IMG/VR virus record: IMGVR_UViG_3300017987_000047
DNA from: a virus
Lineage: Duplodnaviria; Heunggongvirae; Uroviricota; Caudoviricetes
Length of the DNA: 64,000 nucleotides
Direction: 5' to 3' (one strand)
A program made the position numbers and the translations under genes. Within the stretch, counting starts at the first letter, position 1, and every line of letters begins with the position of its first letter. This document shows, in pieces, positions 47,728 to 57,393 of the stretch. A model generated the notes under the pieces. It did not search any database, was not told where the DNA came from, and worked only from the letters and a program-made list of their open reading frames with translations.

Positions 47728-47802
47728 CGAAGCGTGGGCTAATTGGGAAGCCGCTTGCTTTGGGAGCAAGACATCATGGGAGTTCAAGTCTCTCCGCCTC
47801 GA
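47728..47802 (+). tRNA. tRNA-Pro(TGG)
   Basis: CGAAGCG/CGCCTCG-A (one mismatch), cttgc-TTTGGGA-gcaag, GTTCAAGTC. Confidence 0.85.
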
Positions 47803-47829
47803 TACTAATAAGTGCCTTTTCGGAGCTCT

Positions 47830-48864
47830 TTAATTATTTTCACATTGTGGGAAATGGTGTTCTCTGTGGCAGGTCGAGCACAATAAAATACATTTTTCTG
47901 CTTCTTTTAAAATTTTCTTCCACGGCCGGCATAACCCTGTTCGGGACAATGAAAAATCTTTTCCTTTTTCATGATGAAATTCTAAGCCTGTAAGATTTTT
48001 TTTATACCCACAAATAGAACATTCCCCTCCCTTCAAACCGATTAACTTTTTCCTTTTAAGAAGGTCTCTTCGTTTTGTTCGGCAGTGGCTATTTTGCTTA
48101 CTTGAAATTTTTAAGTTCCTTAGTAAGCTTTTTAATTTATCTTCATCAAAATCTTTATTATGAATTTCGTGATGGCAATTCGCACAAACTAAAATACATT
48201 TCTTTGCTTCCTCTAGAAGGGTATCCCAGTGCTTTTCAAAGGCAGCGGTATTTAAGTTAAAAGTTTTTTCTTTAACATGATGAAAATCTAGAGCTGCTAA
48301 ATTTTTAGCGTAACCACAAATAGAGCATTTTCCTCCATTAAGTTCTACTAATTTCTTTTTCCTTCTAAGAAGAGAAGCATTTCGTTTTTCTTTAGTCTTT
48401 GCATCCCGGGGAATATTTCTACTTTTCTTTTTACATCTATAGCATGTCCTTGCGTGAAGCTTTTTTCTATCTTCCGGTAGGGGATCGCCACAAACAACAC
48501 AAGTTTCCCAACTACAGTTGCCACAGACTTTAATCGCTGCTTTTTTATGCCCCTTAATTATAAACTCTTCCCCACACCGGGAACAAAGCTTTTTATATTC
48601 TTTAGGCTTCTTTCTTACGTTATTATAAGAAGCTGAACACGACTGGGAGCAAAACTTATCACTTGTTTTAGAGGTTATAATCTCTCCACAATTCAAACAA
48701 TGTTTTATATTTTTAGGATTAAGTTTACATGCTGGTTCGTGTTTAACTAGATTCGGTTTTGTAAACTCCTTACTACAAAACTTACATTTATACCTTTTGG
48801 AATTTATTTTCTTTGCATTTTCTCTACAAATTTCAATTCTTTTTTCTATTCCTGTCTTCTCCAC
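47830..48864 (-). CDS. free-standing HNH homing endonuclease with zinc fingers and two HNH-type domains
   Basis: GGAGGT SD + GTG at 48864; 2x GG.CSICGY.KNL..L.FHH...C.L.C..CH.E.H; FCS.SC; only minus-strand gene. Confidence 0.85.
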   Translation of the reverse strand: MEKTGIEKRIEICRENAKKINSKRYKCKFCSKEFTKPNLVKHEPACKLNPKNIKHCLNCGEIITSKTSDKFCSQSCSASYNNVRKKPKEYKKLCSRCGEEFIIKGHKKAAIKVCGNCSWETCVVCGDPLPEDRKKLHARTCYRCKKKSRNIPRDAKTKEKRNASLLRRKKKLVELNGGKCSICGYAKNLAALDFHHVKEKTFNLNTAAFEKHWDTLLEEAKKCILVCANCHHEIHNKDFDEDKLKSLLRNLKISSKQNSHCRTKRRDLLKRKKLIGLKGGECSICGYKKNLTGLEFHHEKGKDFSLSRTGLCRPWKKILKEAEKCILLCSTCHREHHFPQCENN

Positions 48865-48969
48865 AGACTTACCTCCAATACTTTTTAGTATAATATACAG
48901 GTTATTTTGCGAAAAAATTGTCACATGGGGACTCATTACCCGCATTTAGAGATGGAGAGTTAAGAGATG
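48855..48969 (+). repeat. diverged ~110-bp direct repeat, copy 1
   Basis: tcttctccaca-acttacctcc..gtataatataca..tttgcg..cat.accc..atggag..gatga, shared with 53929-54042. Confidence 0.75.
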
Positions 48970-49686
48970 ACGTTAAAGGGCCGGGTTATTCAAGATTTTC
49001 AAAAGTATATATCAAAAGACTTTTTAGGTAGCCTAGTCCAGCCTTATTTTGATTATGTTTTGGATCTGGACCCTTTTCCGGGATGGAAAGAAACTTGGAA
49101 AAAACTTAATAACTTAGATAATGTTACTATTTCGATGGAGATGGGCTACGCGGATTTCGAAAACCCCACCAGAAGATGCAGTCTTCTTTGTTTCGCTGTT
49201 AACCCTATTTATATTCCCATTCATAAAAAGGATATCCCTAAGAATTGGATTTTCTTTGAAGATGCTATAACACACTACGATAAAAAGATTAATAGACTGT
49301 TATGTAATATAATGGATGGGGTAAGGAGCAGGTGTAAAAAGTTTTTTACTAAACATTTTAATATTCTCTATAAAGCAGACCCGTTTCACTGGTCCTATAT
49401 GACTTACGTAAAAGAGAAAACTAAAGTGGAAGTAGAAGTAGAGGTCCCGTTGAAAAATTCTTGGCAAGACGGGACTTACGTAAGGGAAGAAATGGAAGTG
49501 GAAATGGAAGTAGAGGTCCCGTTGAAAAATTCTTGGCTATACCGAATAGCCTCCCTCTCGGATGATCTTGGATTTGATCTTTCACTATTTGAAGAAATTG
49601 AAGCAGACCTCCCCCGAGAAGCTTATCTAACATCTCAATACCCCTATTTAAGAAATCTTGCAAGAAAAGAGTTAGGATTAAAATAG
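48967..49686 (+). CDS. hypothetical protein with internal 72-bp duplication and C-terminal LTH-R-AK motif
   Basis: EVEVPLKNSW twice (49435-49465 = 49507-49537); YLTSQYPYLRNLAR. Confidence 0.75.
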   Translation: MTLKGRVIQDFQKYISKDFLGSLVQPYFDYVLDLDPFPGWKETWKKLNNLDNVTISMEMGYADFENPTRRCSLLCFAVNPIYIPIHKKDIPKNWIFFEDAITHYDKKINRLLCNIMDGVRSRCKKFFTKHFNILYKADPFHWSYMTYVKEKTKVEVEVEVPLKNSWQDGTYVREEMEVEMEVEVPLKNSWLYRIASLSDDLGFDLSLFEEIEADLPREAYLTSQYPYLRNLARKELGLK

Positions 49687-49737
49687 CACATTAAAATCCC
49701 AGTTAATTACGATTCGCTATTTCTAATCCAATTCTTT

Positions 49738-49764
49738 CGTTATTCAAAATAAAATCGTTATATA
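49738..49764 (+). promoter_or_regulatory. putative phage promoter, CG-N5-CAA-N11-TATATA
   Basis: cg-ttatt-caa-aataaaatcgt-tatata. Confidence 0.55.
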
Positions 49765-49814
49765 TTTAGGGTTGAAGTTGCGCCAAAAGGAAATTACTTT
49801 TAGGAGAATTTGAG

Positions 49815-50759
49815 ATGATTAGGGTCTCAACAAAAACTCATTTTGTTTTATATGCCTATACTTATCCGGATAAAATCAAATTAGCAAAAGCAAATTTGAA
49901 ACTAAAGAAAAAAGAAAAAACAAAACTATCAATTAAAATTGGGGATACAATTCAAGGGGTCGATAAAAAGAAATCTGTAGAAGAATGTGCTTGGCTACGG
50001 ATGAATCAGCAGGGGGATGCTAACGAAAGCCAGAAAAAAATCTTATTTAAGGCATGGTTTATTGAAAAAACTTCGTACTTTCGTAGGGATAAAGATCTTC
50101 ATCGGGTACTTAAACAAAGAGGAATGCAACCAAAAGATGAATATGATGGCAAAGGGTGTGAATGGTTTAATATTTCTTACGACGGAACAAAAGAAAGCAG
50201 TATTAAAGAAATTGAAGAGTTTATAACAAGGGTGCAAAAGAAAAACCCAAGGGAAATTCTCAGACTCGAACCACTTCAAGAGAAAAAGTTAAACCAATGT
50301 CTGCTTCTCATAGACCAATTTATACAAGAAGGCAGAAGTTCCGAAATTTGTAATATCATTGCTAATCTCTGCCCAAGATTTGGAAAAACTCTTTGGGCTT
50401 TACGCCTATTCCAAGAACTTAATAAAAAATACGGGAATAATTTACTCCTTTTACCTGCCTATGCTCTTTCTTCCCATTCTTCTTTCGAGAAAGAAATTGA
50501 TAAATACGAAGATTTCCGTAACATAAGATTTATTGATATTTATGAGGAAAATTATGATTTGAAAATGGAAGATACCCTAAACTCTGGGGACCTAGCAGTT
50601 GTTTCAATTTCTTCTCATATTGATGAAGCTAAAATTGAAAGGTATTTAAAACCCATTAAAGATTACGATGATGATAAAAAGTTTGTTTTTATAGATGAGG
50701 GGGATCTGGGTATTTGGAAAGAACACGGACGCAAAGTCTTCAAGTATCTGTTTAAATAG
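49815..50759 (+). CDS. N-terminal part of a restriction-modification fusion (nuclease-like domain + SF2 helicase motifs I-II)
   Basis: LYAY..IKIGDT..D..LH..L..EWF; PRFGKT; FIDEGD; ends at an in-frame TAG. Confidence 0.65.
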   Translation: MIRVSTKTHFVLYAYTYPDKIKLAKANLKLKKKEKTKLSIKIGDTIQGVDKKKSVEECAWLRMNQQGDANESQKKILFKAWFIEKTSYFRRDKDLHRVLKQRGMQPKDEYDGKGCEWFNISYDGTKESSIKEIEEFITRVQKKNPREILRLEPLQEKKLNQCLLLIDQFIQEGRSSEICNIIANLCPRFGKTLWALRLFQELNKKYGNNLLLLPAYALSSHSSFEKEIDKYEDFRNIRFIDIYEENYDLKMEDTLNSGDLAVVSISSHIDEAKIERYLKPIKDYDDDKKFVFIDEGDLGIWKEHGRKVFKYLFK

Positions 50760-50771
50760 AAAGCGAATTAC

Positions 50772-53375
50772 ATGCCAGCTATCCTTATTAACGCATCTGG
50801 AACAGGTCTTTCGAAATTAGCTCTGGGCCAAGAAGGAAAAACTTATGGGTTAATTGAAACTGCTTATTGCCAGATAGAAAAACTTCATAAAAATAGCGTC
50901 AAACGAGATTTTTACCAATTAAAATTAAACTCCGAAATTCCTGATTTAAAAAAATATATAGAAGACTCTGGAAATTTTAAATGGAAAAGAATGATTGAGG
51001 ACGTCAACAAGAATTCAAGAATTTGGAAAAAACTGTTTAGCGGATTTTTTGATTTAGATGATGAAGATTTTAAGGAGCTATCATTAAATAGAATCCTAGG
51101 AAAAACTCCGCATGTTATAAAAATCGATGTTGGTTTTATTAAAAACGAGGAGCTAGAAAAATTATACAATTTAACAAAGGACTGGTTAAAAAAATATATC
51201 GTTATCCAGCTCCAAGGGGAAGCTAATAACGATTTAAATACAAATAACAGAAACGCTGAAGATATTGTTAAAAATGCGGTTGAGGATGCTAGGGAGAAAG
51301 AAAAGCAGGGGGTGATAATCTTAGCCAGTAGTAGAATGGGTGTGAGAAGCTTCTCTGTTTCCGAAGTTGAAGCTGTTATCGAAATGTATGATAAAGGATC
51401 CCAAGAAGTTGCTTCGCAATTAATGCTTAGAGTTTGTACTCCAGGTACCTGTTATAATGGGGAAACCAAGAAGAGGGGCGCCATTATTACATTATCAATA
51501 GACCCTAATCGGGATGAAACTTTCTTATTAACATTATTGAATGAAGCTAAAATCGTTGCAAATGAAGAAAAAATTTCAATAGCGGACGCTTTAAAAGATT
51601 GGGTTTTAGATTCGATGAATATTTTTAGGGTAAATGAGGTGGGTTCCTATATAAAAATGGCCCCAGAAAAAGTTATCGAGACCCTATTAGAAAAAGAAAA
51701 TCTTTTAAGAATTGCAGAAGTAGCATCAATTTTAAAATTGGAAGATCCGAATCTTGATAAAACTATACTTTCTATTTTAGATAAAGTAAAGGATGAAAAA
51801 ACCAGGAGGAAGAAAAAAGAAAAAGTTTTGAAACCATGTAAAACCCATGGAAAGCCCGGAAATAAAGCTGGAAAAAAATCAGAAGCAGACGAAGACTTAT
51901 TAAAAGAGAGACGGAAAAAACTAGTATTTCTTAATAGACAAACAGGAATAACTGTTGCTGAGCTAGCAAATTGTGGAGCTGGTTATCGCAAATGTATTGA
52001 AATAATCCAAGCTGCCACCCCAATAAAAAAGTATTTCGAAAAATTAACGGGAATTTTAGTTGAAGAGATTATTCAATTAATAGACGCAGAATTTCTAAAT
52101 ACCCACTGGTTAGACCTTATTGTTGCAAAATCCTTTCAAGATTTTGAGCTAGAAAAACAAAGTGGAACAATTCCTTCTTGCGAACGAACAAAAAATAGAA
52201 TTTCTAATAAAAGTAACGCCGTTTTAGGGACTAGGGACGCGGAAAAATTATGGAAAAAAGCTTTAAAAGAAATTTCTTTAAAAAAGAAACAAATAAAGAT
52301 TTTAAATGTTGCTGCGGGGTATGGAACAGAAGCAAATTTACTCAAAAAGGAAATGGAAAAATCCGGATGGAATAATACAGAAATTCAAAACTCTCTATAT
52401 CTACTAGATAATGACCCTGGAATGGTAAAAAGACTTAAGGATCTTGAGTATAATAATATAATAGAAAAGGATTTTGAAAAATGGAAAACTTTAATGAAAT
52501 TCGATTATATTATTGGGAATCCCCCATATAAAAGGGGGCTTCATCTAAAATTTTTGAAGAAGGCAAGAAAACTTTTAAATGATGGGGGAAAAGCAATTTT
52601 TGTTCACCCCGCAACCTGGGTTTTGAACGAGATTCCGGGAAGCGATATTAAAAAATCTAGGGAAGAGATTGAGCCATATACTATAGGGTTTTACTTTTTC
52701 GATGGAAAAAAATATTTTCCTAAAGACGATGCAGATTTAGGAATGACTTTATCTATAACAACTATTCAATCTCGGCAGAGAGATTCAAAAATTAAGGTAG
52801 AATTTGAAGACTTAAAGAAGTATAGTAAATACGAAGTAAATTCTTTCGATGAAATTAATAAATATGGTAATAACCCTTTCTATAAATCCTTAAAAAAGAA
52901 AATTCTAAAAGAAGTAACTAACAAAGGATCCCTAGCTGAAAATTTGAATCGGGGAGGAAAGTATTACGTTTATATTTGCAATATAATTGGAACACAAGAA
53001 AACAACCAGTGGGGAGGAAATTCTAGATTTTTTACTTTCTTCGCAGAGGAGCTCTCAAAAAAAGCAGGAATAAAAGCGAAGGTGTATTTGAAGAAACCAG
53101 ATAAAGCATCAACAAGATATATCGGATTTGAAACTTTGGAAGAAGCTAAAAATTGTATTTCTTATCTTAAGACTTTCTTCGCAAGATTTTGCCTAAGCAT
53201 CGCTAAATTTGATAGAACAATTAATAAAATAACGTTAACTTTAATTCCCTGGCAAAATTTCAAACAGCCCTGGTCCGATGAAAAACTTTTTAATCAGTCT
53301 AATTTATCAAAAAAAGAAATTATTTTTATTAAGAATACAATTCCAAAAGCTTATAATGACGTAGAGCTAAAATGA
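50772..53375 (+). CDS. helicase C-terminal part + gamma-class N6A methyltransferase + Eco57I-like C-terminal domain
   Basis: SGT, Q...R; NVAAGYG, FDYIIGNPPY, SYLKT.F.RF..IPWQ.F...WSDE.L. Confidence 0.8.
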   Translation: MPAILINASGTGLSKLALGQEGKTYGLIETAYCQIEKLHKNSVKRDFYQLKLNSEIPDLKKYIEDSGNFKWKRMIEDVNKNSRIWKKLFSGFFDLDDEDFKELSLNRILGKTPHVIKIDVGFIKNEELEKLYNLTKDWLKKYIVIQLQGEANNDLNTNNRNAEDIVKNAVEDAREKEKQGVIILASSRMGVRSFSVSEVEAVIEMYDKGSQEVASQLMLRVCTPGTCYNGETKKRGAIITLSIDPNRDETFLLTLLNEAKIVANEEKISIADALKDWVLDSMNIFRVNEVGSYIKMAPEKVIETLLEKENLLRIAEVASILKLEDPNLDKTILSILDKVKDEKTRRKKKEKVLKPCKTHGKPGNKAGKKSEADEDLLKERRKKLVFLNRQTGITVAELANCGAGYRKCIEIIQAATPIKKYFEKLTGILVEEIIQLIDAEFLNTHWLDLIVAKSFQDFELEKQSGTIPSCERTKNRISNKSNAVLGTRDAEKLWKKALKEISLKKKQIKILNVAAGYGTEANLLKKEMEKSGWNNTEIQNSLYLLDNDPGMVKRLKDLEYNNIIEKDFEKWKTLMKFDYIIGNPPYKRGLHLKFLKKARKLLNDGGKAIFVHPATWVLNEIPGSDIKKSREEIEPYTIGFYFFDGKKYFPKDDADLGMTLSITTIQSRQRDSKIKVEFEDLKKYSKYEVNSFDEINKYGNNPFYKSLKKKILKEVTNKGSLAENLNRGGKYYVYICNIIGTQENNQWGGNSRFFTFFAEELSKKAGIKAKVYLKKPDKASTRYIGFETLEEAKNCISYLKTFFARFCLSIAKFDRTINKITLTLIPWQNFKQPWSDEKLFNQSNLSKKEIIFIKNTIPKAYNDVELK

Positions 53376-53926
53376 AAACCCCAAAGAGAACACAAGAAAC
53401 CGGAGAAGTTTTTACTCCAAATACCTTAGTCCTGCAAATGTTAAAACAGGATAGTTCAAAAACTTTTCTCGACAACTCCTGTGGCAACGGTCAATTCCTT
53501 ATTCAAATTCTTAAACAAAAACTTAAATACCATAGCATTGAAGATTCTCTTTCAACAATCTATGGCGTCGACTTAATGGCAGATAATATCTGTGATACAA
53601 TTGCACGCTTAATTTTCTATAAAAACCTCCAAGAAGATATTTTTGATGAAAAAGGGCAACCTAATCCAGATTTAGATTTTGATGGGTATGATGATCACAA
53701 TTCATTTGAGATTTTGAGAGATAATAAGTTCAAGCGAAAATACGACTTCAAGAATAATACAATACTTGTCCGGAACAAAAAAAACAAGTGGTGGCTTTTA
53801 GAATATCGCTTTAATAAAGAAAGATGGCAGAATTTACCAAATATTATATGCGCAGACGCCCTAAAATACCATTATCGGTTTGACAACTCCTATCCCTACG
53901 ACGGGGAAGAAGAAGACTTGATTTAA
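53372..53926 (+). CDS. small methyltransferase-like subunit (SAM-binding half only)
   Basis: GEVFTP, FLDNSCGNGQFL, IYGVDL, NIICADAL; no NPPY. Confidence 0.75.
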   Translation: MKTPKRTQETGEVFTPNTLVLQMLKQDSSKTFLDNSCGNGQFLIQILKQKLKYHSIEDSLSTIYGVDLMADNICDTIARLIFYKNLQEDIFDEKGQPNPDLDFDGYDDHNSFEILRDNKFKRKYDFKNNTILVRNKKNKWWLLEYRFNKERWQNLPNIICADALKYHYRFDNSYPYDGEEEDLI

Positions 53927-53928
53927 AC

Positions 53929-54042
53929 TCTTCTCCACAACTTACCTCCTATGGCTTTTGTATAATATACATGCTGCTTTGCGCAAACTGCCACGCAGAG
54001 ACACATCACCCCAACTTAATAATGGAGGATTAGGAGACGATG
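53929..54042 (+). repeat. diverged ~110-bp direct repeat, copy 2
   Basis: aligns by eye with 48855-48969. Confidence 0.75.
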
Positions 54043-55674
54043 AAATTATTAAGTATCCTAAAAAATTGGCTTATTCAAAGAAAAATGAATAACCTAAAAA
54101 CTTGGATTCTAGCTATAAATTCAGCTATAGCTCAACTTGATTGTGTGCGGAGGTCAATTACAATTCAAAACTTATTCCCGGGAGAAACGAAAGAATTTTA
54201 TGAAAAATATTTTCGAGCTGAACTCTCCAATCTTTTTGGAGCTGTGCTTGAAAGCTCTACCTTAAAAAGGATAAAGCACTTAGAATTTATTGATGCTACC
54301 GCCGCTATCAACAATATTAACTTTTGGTTAAGGCATCCCAAATTAAAAGAAATTCTAGAAGAACTTTCGGAATCAGTTATTGATATTTATTTACAAGCAA
54401 AATGTAATGATTTTCTCTATCATTTAACTGGAGACCCTCAAAAGCTTTCAAAAGCAATAAATCAGTATTTAGGTTTGGCAGAAAAAGAGGAAGAAATAGA
54501 AACAAAATATGCTTCTATCTTTAGAGCTCTTAGCCTCGTTTATATTTCTCGGCTAAATCTTTTTGATCTAGATATAAGTATGCTTGAAAAGCTAAAAACC
54601 GCCCTTGAAAAAATTGACCCCGGTCGAATTAAGTCTAATTATTTTGAAGCTCTTTTTGAAGTTGAGATCAAAGACGAATGGGACGGTACTCAGAAAAAAC
54701 TCACACAAATTCAAAGAGCTAAAGACCCCAAAGAAAGGAATACAGCAGAAACTAAAGTTTTGGAAGAATGGAGCGAATGGAAAGCTAAGAAAGCAAAAGA
54801 AACTATTGATAGAGATATCGCTTTTATTGGTGATCTGATAATGCTGTTACAGCAAAAACAGAATATTTTAAAAATGTTAAAAGATAAAACATTTTTTGGG
54901 TTTCTTAAATCGGAAGAATTCCATTTATTAGAAAAGACCTTTACTGGGCCAACCGAGAAGCTCATAATATATGCTTTTATTCTTAAGATTAAAAACCAAA
55001 AGGTTCCGGAGATTTCACAGAGTCGGCTAAGTCACTTATTTCCACTAACGCAATATAAATTGGAAAATTTCTATAACTCTAAAAGACCGAATTCCCATTT
55101 AATTGAAATTTTCCTAAGAGATAGATTTTTAAATTTATCTACGTTTTCAAAAAGAACGGGAATAGCTTTTTTGCAAGGGATAGAGATAGATAGGGAAAAT
55201 CAAACCAATCCTTTGCTTGGTGCCCTAGTCGAAAAAGTTATTGAGCTGGACGCAGGCCACCCAGCATTGGAAAAGTTTTTGCGCTATACCCTATGTAAAT
55301 CGACACAGGATAGTTCCGAGAGCCCTCATATGAATAATTCTTTTACAATGTTGAAAAATATTAGAAATGTTGAAAGCCATGGTTTTGCAATTAATTTGTT
55401 TACAACAAAGCAAATTGTAGAATGGGAAGAGCATGAAATTTTTTCTGCCATAAAACTTATTTTATTTGAACTTAATAAGTTTTTTGCAGAGCAAGAAGAA
55501 GCAAAATTGGGAGAAGCAAAACGTAAAGAAATAGAAGAAATAGAAGAAACAGGAACTTTTTCAAACAGCTCAATCCTTAGTTCAGAAGAAATAGAAAGAG
55601 CTTTAGAGAAATTCTCAACAACTCTCAACAACTCTCTAACAATCTCAAAGACAAACAATCATCAAAATGAATAA
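54040..55674 (+). CDS. hypothetical helical protein
   Basis: 544 aa; IRNVESHG is a possible RxxxxH (HEPN-like) motif, weak. Confidence 0.75.
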   Translation: MKLLSILKNWLIQRKMNNLKTWILAINSAIAQLDCVRRSITIQNLFPGETKEFYEKYFRAELSNLFGAVLESSTLKRIKHLEFIDATAAINNINFWLRHPKLKEILEELSESVIDIYLQAKCNDFLYHLTGDPQKLSKAINQYLGLAEKEEEIETKYASIFRALSLVYISRLNLFDLDISMLEKLKTALEKIDPGRIKSNYFEALFEVEIKDEWDGTQKKLTQIQRAKDPKERNTAETKVLEEWSEWKAKKAKETIDRDIAFIGDLIMLLQQKQNILKMLKDKTFFGFLKSEEFHLLEKTFTGPTEKLIIYAFILKIKNQKVPEISQSRLSHLFPLTQYKLENFYNSKRPNSHLIEIFLRDRFLNLSTFSKRTGIAFLQGIEIDRENQTNPLLGALVEKVIELDAGHPALEKFLRYTLCKSTQDSSESPHMNNSFTMLKNIRNVESHGFAINLFTTKQIVEWEEHEIFSAIKLILFELNKFFAEQEEAKLGEAKRKEIEEIEETGTFSNSSILSSEEIERALEKFSTTLNNSLTISKTNNHQNE

Positions 55675-55945
55675 TACAGAATTGAAAAAATACATTGAAA
55701 AAACGAACATCAGGCTTGCCTTAGGTTACGAAGAAACTATTTTCTTTAATTATGGTTTGTTATTGGGCCTTTTCCATGCTGGGAATATTAACAAATCACA
55801 ATATAAGATGTTCAAAAAAGTCTATGCCAACGAAGAGAACGGAGATCTTAGCTATACAATTGACACTAAAGGAAAACTAATTAAGAATTAACGTATAAAG
55901 GGTCGTGGAAACCCTCTCAAATCCCAAACCATGGAAAATAGCAAA

Positions 55946-56404
55946 ATGAAAAAGCTTAGTTTGATTCTGTTTCTGCTTCTAATTTCTTGCGGGTTTCACT
56001 ACGACTACCACCAGGAAATCCAGATCGACCAACTGTTCTTGGAGGGGGCTAACTTACGTATTGTTCATATGGAAGGGGATCTTCTCCAGACCACGCTTAT
56101 TAGTGGGTGGGGGAATGAACACCACCCCAGGATAAAGTCTGAATTTGATGCTTGCCTAGAAACTATTCCTGCTTCCGTTTTGGAGAAGTTCTCTCAACCT
56201 CCGGCATATTTCGGGTTTATTATCTTAAAGGACCTTGCTGAGGATCAAAAACCTTATGCTCTCATATTACATTTTAGTGGGGAAGGAAAACGCAACTATG
56301 CGGAGATACATCTTCGGGAGGAAGATGCTTTAGAGGGAGGGGTTGCTGGTTATGGTAAATTCGGCTGTGCTCATCTCTCTGAAATTGACCTAGGGGAACA
56401 GTAG
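55946..56404 (+). CDS. putative lipoprotein
   Basis: MKKLSLILFLLLISC lipobox. Confidence 0.65.
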   Translation: MKKLSLILFLLLISCGFHYDYHQEIQIDQLFLEGANLRIVHMEGDLLQTTLISGWGNEHHPRIKSEFDACLETIPASVLEKFSQPPAYFGFIILKDLAEDQKPYALILHFSGEGKRNYAEIHLREEDALEGGVAGYGKFGCAHLSEIDLGEQ

Positions 56405-56909
56405 TCTCCAATAAACACGGAAGGTAAGAAAATGTCTTTGAACAGGGAGAAGCGCCTACCAAAAGAGGTAGGGATAGAGGTTGTGAAAGCCTTTGTGGGT
56501 ACTGGCACAAGGTTTGAGTTTAGTGCCACTGATAGCCAAGCCATCCTTAAGTATAATTCTGGGGATGAATTGTTGTTACGCCATGCTATTGGTAAGACTG
56601 GTTATCGTGATCCTGATGATCCTTCGGATAGATAGGGGGTAACATGCTCTCAAAAACTATCAAGCTTGACCTAGGAAACTTCTCAAAAACTTCTTTAGAC
56701 TCTCAATTCCCTAAAAGAAGAAAAATTCGCTACCTTAGGATTAATCATAATACTTATAGAAGTTTCTTGCTTTTCTTAGGGCCTGAGCTTGACCTTATAT
56801 GTTTACCTCAAAAATATAGGAGAGGGCGTGTTGCACATTATAGGGGAGCGAAGCTTCAGATCGAGAATAATCTTTCTGATGGTGAAATCAATTTCATAGT
56901 ATAAAATTC

Positions 56910-57167
56910 ATGACAAAACTAACAAAGTGTGAAGATTCGCTAATGTTCTTTTGCCCTGGTTGTGGTTCCTACCACTCCTTTCGGGTACCACAATGGAAAT
57001 GGGATGGGGATATGGAGAAACCTACTTTCTCGCCCTCTCTGCTAATCAATAAAAACATTCCGGCGCAAAGATGCCATTTATTTATTGAGAATGGGAAGCT
57101 TCGATTTTTAGAAGATTGTTTCCATCATTTAGCGGGTCAAACTATCGATATGGAAGAAGAGGATTAA
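56910..57167 (+). CDS. DUF6527-like Zn-binding protein
   Basis: CPGC..H..W.WDG...PTFSPSL..CH.FI..G..FL.DC.H.LAGQT. Confidence 0.75.
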   Translation: MTKLTKCEDSLMFFCPGCGSYHSFRVPQWKWDGDMEKPTFSPSLLINKNIPAQRCHLFIENGKLRFLEDCFHHLAGQTIDMEEED

Positions 57168-57393
57168 ATATGTTAAACGAACTGATCGCTGGATTAATTC
57201 TTGGAGTTCTTTGCGTAGGGGTTATCCTACATTTTCTTTGGATGTTATTTTGGTCTAAGGATGCTCGAGCTCTTCGTCGTAAGGCTCAAAGAACTCGTCG
57301 GGCTGAACAACTCTTGGATGAAAAACGGTATCGCGACGCTTTGGTTGAGCTTGGGGTCCTAAACCCCCAAGATTAACTTTTAGGGAGTTAGCA

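Noticed and set aside
46878-47993. ORFs 46878-47327(-), 46922-47221(-), 47222-47410(+), 47691-47993(+)
   Set aside because: They overlap tRNAs, repeats, the intron or the HNH gene; shadow frames.
55360-55385. HEPN RNase call for 54040-55674 from RNVESH
   Set aside because: A six-residue motif alone is insufficient without a profile match.
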